Shown piece by piece: positions 9,296 through 18,178 of a stretch of 64,000 nucleotides of DNA (position 1 is its first letter; each line of letters opens with the position of its first letter). A program made the translations under genes and the position numbers. The notes under the pieces are model-generated. The model was not told where the DNA came from and did no database searches. It saw nothing but the letters and a program-made list of their open reading frames with translations. Source of the stretch: Treponemataceae bacterium (lineage in GTDB: Bacteria > Spirochaetota > Spirochaetia > Treponematales > Rectinemataceae). The stretch spans positions 1,504,001 through 1,568,000 of the forward strand of contig CAXXVZ010000003.1 of NCBI GenBank assembly GCA_963678065.2, written 5' to 3'.

Positions 9296-12094
9296 ATGGT
9301 GAAATCAATCAAAACCGTGCATGAGCTTATAAACGAAGGCCGCATCCTCATCGAGGCGCGAAAATTCAGGGATGCCCACTTGTGCTTCATGGAGGCACGG
9401 GAGCGGGCGCTATCCGATACGGAGAGGGCGTATGCGGTGCTGGGCGTGGAAGAATGTGAACTGCACCTTCGCCTCGCAGTGGAGGACGGAGGGGAAGAAC
9501 TCGAATCGGCTCTTTCTGTTTTCACAGAGCGGGGAGACCATAAGGCTGAAGCTTGGGCACATATCTGCCTCGGAATCAGGAAACAGGCCACGCAAGATCT
9601 TGTCGGAGTGATAGATCTGCTCGAGGCAGGCCGCGCTGCCGCATGTGCGGGGAATGACAGGGAGGCGGAGGCAAGGGCACTTCTCGACATCGCCGCCATC
9701 CTCACTTTCAGGCGGCTTCCAGGCGATGCGGATCGCATGATGAAAGCCTTTGAACGCGGCTACGATCTGGCCGCGAAAGGTGACGCCTATGAGAGGACTG
9801 TTTCCGAAGCCGCACGGGGCATAGTCCGGTACACCTCCGGAGATCTCGCAAGCTCGGCCTCCGGTTACAGAGCCGCCACGGAAGGCTTCTCGAGCCTCGG
9901 CATGCCGGAGCAGGCCCTCGAGACCTCCGTTGCCCTTGGCGTGACCCTCCTGCGATCAGGCGCACGAGAGGAGGCGGAGCGGACCTTCCGGAAAACCGCG
10001 GAACTTGGGAGCTCACTCGACAGGAACATCGAGACGGGCGTGGCGCTCATGTACCTCGGACAGATGGCGGAGGGTTCCGGGCGCTTTTCCGAGGCATTCT
10101 CAAACTATTCCAGAGCAGAAGATAAATTGGCAAACGAGAACCACTACGGGGCGACGTTGAGGCTCGGACAGGCGCGCGCGCTGTGCGCCATGGGGCGATA
10201 CGCCGAAGTTGCCGGCAAACTCGATAGCGTCGCAGGATCGGCGACCGCGGCCGCCCGGATCTCGATTCCCATGATTCGGGCCATGGCGCTGTCGGGCGCC
10301 GGAAAGTACACGCAGGCGATTCGCGAGGCCGATATCGCGGTTGAGGAAGCCTCGGTTCAGGGAATGCCCCGACAGGAGGCCGAAGCCCGCGCCGTCCGTA
10401 TGGATTGCCTCCAAGCCTGCGGCGATTCAGTACGCGGCATGATGGACGCGGATGCCATTCTGGGCGTTCTTTCCGGATCCGCCCCGGCAACGACCCGGAG
10501 CGCCGCTCTGAGAGTCCGGGCCTCTGCATTCAGGACGAACGGAGATGTTGAATCAGCGATAGATCTCGCGAAAAAAGCCTGCTCCCTGCTTGTGGATGTG
10601 GATGCCCCGCTCGAATACGCGAGGGATAGCGCCGAACTCGGGCGCGCGCTTGCGGATTCCGGAGACAGCGAAGGGGCGGGAGAGGCCTTCCGCGTGGCCT
10701 GCACACGGGTTATGGAGGTGCGAAAAGATGCGCCTGAGTCCTATCGCCGGGATTTTCTCGATTCCATCCAGGAAATTTTCGCGGAACGCATCCGTTTTCT
10801 CGTGGACTCTGGCGATACTGCGGCGGCGTACAGAGAAGCTCTGCGCCTTCTTGCGCGCACCATGACCGAGCGTTTTGGCCTTACCGGAGAAGAAGAAGCC
10901 CCTGATCCCGGAACGAAGGCCGAGTTTGTCTTCCTGCCCTTGGGAAAGCGCTTCGCAACATTTGTCCGGACTGCGCGGGGATTGACCGCACGACTCATCG
11001 ATTCTGCCGAACTACTAGCGCTGGGTCCTACTGTGGCTACCATGTCCGATCACGGGGCTTTCAGGGGATTTTCGATCAAACAAACGGAAAAATCGCGAGA
11101 AACGATCGATCAGATTGCGGAAGCTGTTGCGCAATTCCGGGAAGCCCTGAGGATGAGAAAGACAAATATACCTGCTCTCGCCGCGGGCTTGTATGAAAAA
11201 CTTATCGCGCCTGCGGAATTTATCGCGGCAGACTGCCCAGTCTGGGTGATTTGCCCAGGGGGGGCATTCGCGGGTTTCCCGTTCGAAGCTCTTGAAGATT
11301 CCTTCGGCAAACGCATCATCGAACACAGGGAAATAGTCTACACAAAATCACCGCTGTTGGCATGCCGTGCGGAATCCGTACATGCAAACTCCGTACATGG
11401 GGCGGTTCTCGCCGTCGGAGACCCTTTGTCCGATGTGCATTCTGCGGCGAAGCCGCTAGAAGCGAAGGATACTGAAGCCGGTGGAGACTTTCCGACAGCG
11501 GCGGCGCGATTCATCGAACGGGCAGCGGATGCGGGACTCCCTCCCTTGCCTGGAGCGGCCCGAGAAGCAGAGGCCGCGTGCATGGGTGCGACCAAGTCAG
11601 AATTGCTCATTGGAGCCAACGCGACCAAGCGGCATTTCCTCGATTGCCTTCGTTCCGGGGAATGGGATACCCTCCACATTGCTGCCCACGCGCTTTACGC
11701 GGAATCGGGTAAGGAGGGAGCTATCCTCTTTCATCCGGATGGGGACAATATTTTGTCCACTCAGGAAATAGCCTCATTGTCGATCAACGTGCGGAGAGTC
11801 GTGCTATCTGCCTGCGCTTCCGCTTTGGGAAAGCCGTCCTGGAGCGAGGGGGCTTTCGGGCTCGTTGGAGCCTTCTTGGAGGCAGGGGCCAAAACGGTCT
11901 ACGCAACCCTCTGGCGCGTGCGCGACCTCCAAACAGCGGGATTCATGGAAAGGATGTACACGCTGGCTCGGGAATCGGGGCTCGGATTCGACGATGCATT
12001 TGCCGAATGCAAAAGACTGGCGGCATCCGGGGTGTGGGGGGCCGAATACGCTGATCCTGCGCTCTGGGCATCCTTCGTCCGTTATGGATTGTGA
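9296..12094 (+). CDS. TPR-repeat CHAT-domain caspase-like protease (clan CD)
   Basis: Long Ala-rich TPR-like helical N-terminus; C-terminal CHAT motifs FPFEAL, LPGAAREA, LHIAAH (His), VVLSAC (Cys), TLWRVRD, PALWASF; no signal peptide; start could be 9269. Confidence 0.9.
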   Translation: MVKSIKTVHELINEGRILIEARKFRDAHLCFMEARERALSDTERAYAVLGVEECELHLRLAVEDGGEELESALSVFTERGDHKAEAWAHICLGIRKQATQDLVGVIDLLEAGRAAACAGNDREAEARALLDIAAILTFRRLPGDADRMMKAFERGYDLAAKGDAYERTVSEAARGIVRYTSGDLASSASGYRAATEGFSSLGMPEQALETSVALGVTLLRSGAREEAERTFRKTAELGSSLDRNIETGVALMYLGQMAEGSGRFSEAFSNYSRAEDKLANENHYGATLRLGQARALCAMGRYAEVAGKLDSVAGSATAAARISIPMIRAMALSGAGKYTQAIREADIAVEEASVQGMPRQEAEARAVRMDCLQACGDSVRGMMDADAILGVLSGSAPATTRSAALRVRASAFRTNGDVESAIDLAKKACSLLVDVDAPLEYARDSAELGRALADSGDSEGAGEAFRVACTRVMEVRKDAPESYRRDFLDSIQEIFAERIRFLVDSGDTAAAYREALRLLARTMTERFGLTGEEEAPDPGTKAEFVFLPLGKRFATFVRTARGLTARLIDSAELLALGPTVATMSDHGAFRGFSIKQTEKSRETIDQIAEAVAQFREALRMRKTNIPALAAGLYEKLIAPAEFIAADCPVWVICPGGAFAGFPFEALEDSFGKRIIEHREIVYTKSPLLACRAESVHANSVHGAVLAVGDPLSDVHSAAKPLEAKDTEAGGDFPTAAARFIERAADAGLPPLPGAAREAEAACMGATKSELLIGANATKRHFLDCLRSGEWDTLHIAAHALYAESGKEGAILFHPDGDNILSTQEIASLSINVRRVVLSACASALGKPSWSEGAFGLVGAFLEAGAKTVYATLWRVRDLQTAGFMERMYTLARESGLGFDDAFAECKRLAASGVWGAEYADPALWASFVRYGL

Positions 12095-12645
12095 TCGGCG
12101 CTGGAACGCACAAGACCGAGAGATTTCGGATCGAGGGCGAGGGGACGTTCTGACCGGCAATACCCTTCCGCTCCACGCCATTTTTCGTCGGGCAGAGTGT
12201 TCTCGGCAAGATCTCCCGCCGCAATGATGACGAGATGCGAATCGTCGATCCCATCCCAGACTAGATCCCCTGATCCCGGGACGCGCACATCCTTACCCGC
12301 AAGGGCCTGCCACTCCGTGAGGATCTCGGCCGGTCCTTCTTTCCCGGAACGGATGAGAAAACAGCGACAATCGCAGTCGGTGATAATATGAAGAGCGAAA
12401 TGTTTTTCGGCTTCCGCTGAATCGGACACCTCTACTCTCCACAAGAAAGGCAGGGGAAGGTCCTGTCCTCCTACGCGATCAGCAGCTGCAAAAAGGGCCA
12501 GAGCTGTCGCCCGCACAGAAGCGGAGAGTGATCGGGATGGATCCGGAGTGATGGGAGCGTTGGGCATAAACATAGTGTAAAGCCCTCCCTCATGCATGTA
12601 AAGCTGGACCCGGGACCTGGCCATGAGGCTGGATGGCGGATTCAT
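12082..12645 (-). CDS. Hypothetical protein with DUF4384-like C-terminal beta domain
   Basis: ATGA overlap with upstream regulator stop; FALHIITDCDCRCFLIRSGKEG...LAGKDVRVP resembles DUF4384 pattern (by eye). Confidence 0.5.
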   Translation of the reverse strand: MNPPSSLMARSRVQLYMHEGGLYTMFMPNAPITPDPSRSLSASVRATALALFAAADRVGGQDLPLPFLWRVEVSDSAEAEKHFALHIITDCDCRCFLIRSGKEGPAEILTEWQALAGKDVRVPGSGDLVWDGIDDSHLVIIAAGDLAENTLPDEKWRGAEGYCRSERPLALDPKSLGLVRSSADHNP

Positions 12646-13313
12646 GCTTTATCCTGACTCCTCGCAAGGGGTAAATCGGCATCGATGGCCAGTCTGACGA
12701 GACCGATGTCCGATTCGACACCAAGTTTCTTCTTGATATTCCGCTTGTGGATGTCGACGGTTTTCCGGGATATTCCCAGTTCAGCCGCTATGGCTTTCGG
12801 AGGCTTCTCTTCGCAGAAGAGGCGAAGAATCCTGCGCTCGCGGTCGGTGAGCGAGGAGAACCTCCCCCCTCGGAACAAATCGCAGGAGGTGCTTCCGGCA
12901 AGATATGAAACGACAATCAGGTCAAGAATCTCCGGACTCAGAAACCGATGCCCTGAAAGCACAGTTTTTATGGCACGATCGAGTTCTTCGTAGGCGCTCA
13001 TTTTGAGGACAAAGCCGTCCGCACCGGCTTCCAGCAAGCCCTTCGTGAGGGATTCGTTGCGTTGGTCTGAGAGTATGATGACTCTGGATAATGGAGAAGC
13101 GGACTTGAGCGCGGGCACCAAGTCCAAAGCGGATTCGTTGTGGAGCACAATATCGGTGAGTATGACGTCGGGTAGCAGTTCGCCTGCCAAAGAAAGTGCT
13201 TCTCCTCTGAACGAGGCTTCGCCGGCAACGATCGTGGCGTCCCGCGTGGAAAGCAGCATTTTTAACCCTTCCCTGAAGAGCGTGTGCGCGTCGACAAGAA
13301 GTATTCGCATCAT
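12642..13313 (-). CDS. NarL/LuxR-family response regulator (REC + LuxR HTH)
   Basis: ILLVDAHTLFREGL, DVILTDI, GFVLK, LTDRERRILRL...IAAELGISRKTVDIHKRNI. Confidence 0.9.
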   Translation of the reverse strand: MMRILLVDAHTLFREGLKMLLSTRDATIVAGEASFRGEALSLAGELLPDVILTDIVLHNESALDLVPALKSASPLSRVIILSDQRNESLTKGLLEAGADGFVLKMSAYEELDRAIKTVLSGHRFLSPEILDLIVVSYLAGSTSCDLFRGGRFSSLTDRERRILRLFCEEKPPKAIAAELGISRKTVDIHKRNIKKKLGVESDIGLVRLAIDADLPLARSQDKA

Positions 13314-13571
13314 GCTAGTCTGCCATCCCTGATTTCCCGGATCCCCGGTGGAAGCAAATATGGCGCTCTCCACCCGCCAACTTTGATTTCAACCATTCCG
13401 GGGTGCTCCGTTTCTTCCATGTTATGAGATTTAGCGAGCATATCTTCATCAGACAGGAGCCGGAAATAGGAAATATGGGAAAATGCGGATAAAGAAAACC
13501 ATGCAGAATAAGCATATGCGTAGAAAACTCCTACGGGACGACTGCCATCCGGGTCAGACCTCGATCATTTT

Positions 13572-14222
13572 CTAAAAAGAGAAATCGGCATCGAGGATGA
13601 GCCTGACAAGGCCTATGTCTGATTCTACACCGAGTTTTCTCCGGATGTTCCGCTTGTGAATATCCACCGTCTTGCGGGATATGCCCAACTCCGCCGCTAT
13701 GACATTCGGAGTTTTTTCATCACAAAAAAGGTGGAGTATCCTTCGCTCTCGGCTAGTGAGCGTTGTAAACCTTCCCTCCATGCGGCCATCACAGGACGCC
13801 TTCCTCGACGCCATGGGATCAACAAGCAGATCAGAAACTTCGGGACTCAGGAACCGGCGGCCGGACTGCACCACCCTCAAGGCAAGATCGAGTTCCTTGT
13901 AGGCGCTCGTCTTGAGGACGAAACCCACTATACCCGCCTCGAACAGCTCCCGGATCTGGAATCCCGTACCGATATCGGAGAGGATGATGATTCTGGACGA
14001 GGGCGAGACAGATGCGAATTCGGAAACGATGGTACGAGCGGAGCCCTCATGCGCGGCCATGGAGAAGATAATAATGTTGGGACGCACATCGCGCACCGTG
14101 AGGTATGCATCCTGTGCGCAGGATGCTTCGCCGACAACAGCCGTGGCATCCCGGAACGAGAGCAACATTTTCAAGCCTTCCCGGAAAAGCGCATGTGCAT
14201 CGACGATAAAAATTGTCGCCAT
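13572..14222 (-). CDS. NarL/LuxR-family regulator paralog with pseudo-receiver
   Basis: Close paralog of 12642..13313; phospho-Asp position reads NIIIFS. Confidence 0.85.
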   Translation of the reverse strand: MATIFIVDAHALFREGLKMLLSFRDATAVVGEASCAQDAYLTVRDVRPNIIIFSMAAHEGSARTIVSEFASVSPSSRIIILSDIGTGFQIRELFEAGIVGFVLKTSAYKELDLALRVVQSGRRFLSPEVSDLLVDPMASRKASCDGRMEGRFTTLTSRERRILHLFCDEKTPNVIAAELGISRKTVDIHKRNIRRKLGVESDIGLVRLILDADFSF

Positions 14223-14409
14223 CAGGCCGTACCTTGTGCCATGCTCCGCGGGGTAGTGTGAGGCAGGAGAAAGGCGCCCATCGTTCACTCAGAATTGCAC
14301 TAAAGCAATATGAATAGATATAAGAATAAATCTTCAACGCGTCTGTGTAAATAAGCATTTATTATCTCGCGTGTAAATGTATTGAATGTTTTGAAGTGAA
14401 TGCACAAGA

Positions 14410-14438
14410 TTGCCGCAAAGCGGCGTTTCCGTTACACT
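14410..14438 (+). promoter_or_regulatory. Sigma70-type promoter of manA (likely leaderless)
   Basis: TTGCCG-17 nt-TACACT, ATG 7 nt downstream, no SD. Confidence 0.55.
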
Positions 14439-14445
14439 TCGGTCC

Positions 14446-15798
14446 ATGCGGATATACAGGCTCGAAAACACGGTGCAGCGATACGTCTGGGGCAGCGTCG
14501 ACGGCCTCGCAGAAACCCTCGGTATTCCCAATCCGGAGGGAAAACCGGCGGCCGAACTCTGGATGGGGGCCCATCCCGGAGCGCCGAGCATCGCCGTCAC
14601 GGAAGGTGGCAAGCTGGGCCTCGATCAGCTCATCGCCGCGGATCCGGAGGGCAGTCTGGGCGGGTGCGTTGCCGCCAGATTCGGAAATACCCTGCCCTTC
14701 CTTTTCAAGGGACTCTCCGCAGGGACTCCGCTCTCGATCCAGACCCACCCGGACAAAAAAACCGCCGAGGCGGGATTCGCCCGTGAAAATGCCAGCGGCA
14801 TTCCTCTCTCGTCTCCGCTCCGGACCTACAAAGACAACAATCACAAGCCGGAGATGACTCTCGCCATGACCCGCTTCGAGGGGCTGTGCGGATTCCGAAG
14901 CCCCGGGACGATTGCGCGCAATCTTGAGGCGGTGCTTGGCGCGGAGTTGGCCGCGAAAATCGGGCTTGTCAGTGTCGGTGTCAGCGTCAGGAAACCGGCG
15001 CCGGAAAGCGCGGGTGAATCATTCCTGTACGACCTCGTGGCCGGCCTCCTCGGACTTGAGGGGCAGGACAAGGTAGTTCTTTTGTCCGCGCTCAGGGCCG
15101 GGATCGACTCACTCCTCGCGTCGTGGAGCGCGGGGAACAGCGGCCCCGGCGGGATCGACTCATCTGAGCAGGAGGCCTTCGCCTGGGTCGCGCGTCTCCT
15201 CGACCTGTATCCGGGGGATATGGGCGTCCTCATGCCTCTTGTCCTGAATCATGTCGCGCTACAGCCGGGAGAGGCCATCTTCATAGGAGCCGGCGTCATG
15301 CACGCGTATCTTTCGGGCACGGCTCTCGAGATCATGGCCAACTCCGACAATGTCATCCGCGGGGGACTGACGCCCAAGCACGTCGACCTGCCCGAACTCC
15401 TCAGAGTCGTGAGCTTCGAGCCGGGGCGGCCGGGGATCGAGACGGCGGAAGCAGCTGCGCCGGCCGAATTTCCCGCCCGCACAGCCGACGCGCCCGGCGG
15501 CCGGCTGCCGCGTGAGGAAGCCTGGCCCGTCCGCGCAGCCGAGTTCGCGCTTTCCCGCATCGAGCTTCCGCCGACGGAGAGCGCCGTGGGTGGAGCCGAC
15601 GCTCCGGACTCATGCTTCGGGATTCTGACGGAGGGGCCGGAGATACTTCTGTGCACGAAGGGCCGGGTCCGGATTGCAGACGGGGAAGGCTCCCTCGACC
15701 TCGCGAAAGGCGAATCGGCCTTCCTCCGCGCGGACGCGGGACAGTGCCTGATCCGCGGCGACGGAATGGTCTACCGCGCGCGGGTACCCTCCGCATGA
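14446..15798 (+). CDS. manA: Mannose-6-phosphate isomerase, class I
   Basis: YVWGS, AELWMGAHP, PLSIQTHP, NHKPEM, HAYLSG, EIMANSDNVIRGGLTPKH. Confidence 0.95.
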   Translation: MRIYRLENTVQRYVWGSVDGLAETLGIPNPEGKPAAELWMGAHPGAPSIAVTEGGKLGLDQLIAADPEGSLGGCVAARFGNTLPFLFKGLSAGTPLSIQTHPDKKTAEAGFARENASGIPLSSPLRTYKDNNHKPEMTLAMTRFEGLCGFRSPGTIARNLEAVLGAELAAKIGLVSVGVSVRKPAPESAGESFLYDLVAGLLGLEGQDKVVLLSALRAGIDSLLASWSAGNSGPGGIDSSEQEAFAWVARLLDLYPGDMGVLMPLVLNHVALQPGEAIFIGAGVMHAYLSGTALEIMANSDNVIRGGLTPKHVDLPELLRVVSFEPGRPGIETAEAAAPAEFPARTADAPGGRLPREEAWPVRAAEFALSRIELPPTESAVGGADAPDSCFGILTEGPEILLCTKGRVRIADGEGSLDLAKGESAFLRADAGQCLIRGDGMVYRARVPSA

Positions 15799-16280
15799 CC
15801 CTCTGGGCAGACGCCGACAGTCTCCAGCCGGAGATCCGCGCCCTCCTGGAACGCCGCGCCGCTTCCGAAGCCGCACGGCGGGCGGGAACAGGCCTCGCCC
15901 CCCGCTTCGACCTCGTCTTTGTCGCCTCGAAAAAGCTCAAAGTCGGCCCCGCGGTCCGCTTCGAGCTCGTCGAGAAGGGAGCCGACGCAGCCGACGACCG
16001 CATAGCCGGCGGGGCCCGACCCGGAGATCTCGTCGTGACCCGCGACCTTCCTTTCGCCGAAAGACTGGCTCTCGCCGGCGTCGCCGTGCTCAACGACAGG
16101 GGGGACAGCTTCACCGCCGACAATGTCCGTGAACGGCGTTCCCTGCGCGACCGCGCGGCCGAACTGCGCGCCTTAGGGCTCGCTCCGGAGTCGTCGAAAC
16201 GCCGCAGCTGGGGGAAGAAAGAGTTCAAGGATTTCGCGGACGCGCTGGATAGGACCATCACACAATTACTTATTTTATAA
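15795..16280 (+). CDS. YaiI/YqxD (DUF188) family protein
   Basis: ATGA overlap with manA; WADADS, DAADDRI, GDLVVTRDLPFA. Confidence 0.85.
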   Translation: MTLWADADSLQPEIRALLERRAASEAARRAGTGLAPRFDLVFVASKKLKVGPAVRFELVEKGADAADDRIAGGARPGDLVVTRDLPFAERLALAGVAVLNDRGDSFTADNVRERRSLRDRAAELRALGLAPESSKRRSWGKKEFKDFADALDRTITQLLIL

Positions 16281-16420
16281 ATAATTGTTTTTTATTCGCG
16301 CGTATGTTTTGAAGGGACCGGTGGCGGCGCGATCGTGGCCGCCCCGGCCTCCTTTCCCGGCTCATCTTCGGCTCATCCTTGACAGAAAAGCCCGTCGCTC
16401 CTCTCGTCCCGAATCGCCCG

Positions 16421-18160
16421 CTAGCGGAGTCCCGAAACGGTCCTGAGGAGCTCGAGATCCTTCAGGAGATTCGCTTCGCCCGGGAATATCGCGAGGGAAG
16501 CGAGCAGCGAATTCTTCGCCTCGGCGTAGCGTTTCGCGTTGAACAGCGAGACGAAGCGGTTGTGCGATTCGACGATGGCATTGCTCCGGTAAACGCCCGT
16601 AAGCTCGCGGAACGTGGCGGTATCGGCCAGCCCGGCGCCGGAGAGAAACTTCCACGCGTCCAGGGCGCTTTGCTTTTTTTCCAGCCGCCCTGCTTCGCGC
16701 GAGGCGAGATACAGGCGGGCATTCTCGAGATCGGCAGGTTTTACGGCCGCGCGGACTTCGGCCGCTGAGAGATCGGCCATTCCCGAGGCGTAGTCGCGAC
16801 TGTCCTGAGCGCGGTTGTACAGGGCCATGCCGATGATGTCCTCGTAGCGGCCATGCTCGGTCGCGGGTATGAGGCCAGAGGCGGTCCGGGAGGCGATAAG
16901 GCGTCGCGCGGCTTCAAAATCCCCCGATTTGGTGAGGGCGAGGACCTGGTTGTGAGTGGCTGTCCTGACGAATTCGGCGGAGCGGGTGCTCTTTTCCGAG
17001 TACGTCGGATTGGCGAGGATGAGATCGAGGCCGCGGTTCCAGTCCCCGGACTCTCCCAGCTCGCCGAGCCAGTTGTCCACGGCGACCCGCGCGATCCGGT
17101 CCAACCCCGGCTCCTCTCCGTACTTCCCGCGCGCCTCGTTCACGAACTCCAGCGCCGACCTGTAGTCCCCCGAATTGGAAAGCTCGCCTGCGGCGTTGCG
17201 GAACCGCGTGAACATGAAATCCTTGGAATCTTTGTCTTTTTCCGAAACGAAATAGTCGACGCCGGGGCCGACGGAAGGCAGGAAGCGGTCGCCCCGGTCG
17301 GCTTCGGAGATCCGGTTCGAGAGGATGAGTGTCACGAGTCGCTTCGCGCTTATCGCTGTCCTTCCCGCGTAGTTCTTGGGCGGGACATAGGCGAAACCCG
17401 TCACTTTGCCAAACGAGTCCGAGAAATTTTTCTTCGATCCGGGATCGAAACCGTAGCGGGTCGTGGTCTCGACATCGATGCTGCCGCCCGGAACGGCCAG
17501 CACGCAGAAGGCGTGGTCGGCTGTCGAGATCCCGGAAACCTCGAGTCCGGCCGCCCGCGCGAAGACGAGAAACATGACGGCGGAGGAGACGCAGTTGAAT
17601 TCGCCGGCCGAAAAGGCGAGGTCGAGGCTGGACTGGTGTCCGGAATACCTGCGGAGATAGGTGTCGTGCATGGACAAAAGAAGCTTCTCGGCCTTTGCCG
17701 CGGGGGCGGCGATACCGGCCACTTTCGAGGCCTCGGAGCGCGCGAGGGACAGTATCTTCGCTGTCCGGAGGCGCAGGGTATCTCCTTCGAGCCCGGAAAA
17801 GGCGAGCGCCGACCGGACGAGGGCCTCGAGTTCGGGGAGGCGCACCTCGTGCGAAAGCGCCGTCGCCTCGGGGAGGGGATCGAGGCGCCAGGGGTGAGTC
17901 GGGGCGGGGCTGGATGGCGAAGGAAAAAATGCGGCGGGAAGCGGTGGCGTGGTCGACGTCGTGGTCGTAGCGACCGTCGTCGCGGGATTTGCGGGGGCGA
18001 GGGTGGTGGCCGTCGACGTTCCCGGTTTGGCCGGCTTTCCTCCCGAAGTCGCGACGATGCCGGGGCGGCTTGCGCAGCTGCCGAGGAGCGCCGCAATGGC
18101 AAAAACCGCGAGAGTGGGTGAGGCTCGGAAAAGGCGGGCGACTCCGGTGCGGTCAGACAT
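16421..18160 (-). CDS. Lipoprotein with transglutaminase-like domain and helical repeats
   Basis: Lipobox LGSC; Thr/Pro linker; FNCVSS (Cys), DHAF (His), DVETT. Confidence 0.75.
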   Translation of the reverse strand: MSDRTGVARLFRASPTLAVFAIAALLGSCASRPGIVATSGGKPAKPGTSTATTLAPANPATTVATTTTSTTPPLPAAFFPSPSSPAPTHPWRLDPLPEATALSHEVRLPELEALVRSALAFSGLEGDTLRLRTAKILSLARSEASKVAGIAAPAAKAEKLLLSMHDTYLRRYSGHQSSLDLAFSAGEFNCVSSAVMFLVFARAAGLEVSGISTADHAFCVLAVPGGSIDVETTTRYGFDPGSKKNFSDSFGKVTGFAYVPPKNYAGRTAISAKRLVTLILSNRISEADRGDRFLPSVGPGVDYFVSEKDKDSKDFMFTRFRNAAGELSNSGDYRSALEFVNEARGKYGEEPGLDRIARVAVDNWLGELGESGDWNRGLDLILANPTYSEKSTRSAEFVRTATHNQVLALTKSGDFEAARRLIASRTASGLIPATEHGRYEDIIGMALYNRAQDSRDYASGMADLSAAEVRAAVKPADLENARLYLASREAGRLEKKQSALDAWKFLSGAGLADTATFRELTGVYRSNAIVESHNRFVSLFNAKRYAEAKNSLLASLAIFPGEANLLKDLELLRTVSGLR

Positions 18161-18178
18161 GATTCTCCTCCCTGTGAA

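Noticed and set aside
11372..11400. Short tandem duplication (ESVHA/NSVHG) in the CHAT gene
   Set aside because: In-frame 15-bp loop duplication with no evident functional meaning
9296..12094. CHAT protease as the pilin maturation enzyme (clan CD, like gingipains)
   Set aside because: No signal peptide or lipobox, so it is probably cytoplasmic and separated from exported lipoproteins
9296..14222. Type III-E CRISPR (Craspase) locus
   Set aside because: No cas genes or repeat-spacer array anywhere in the window
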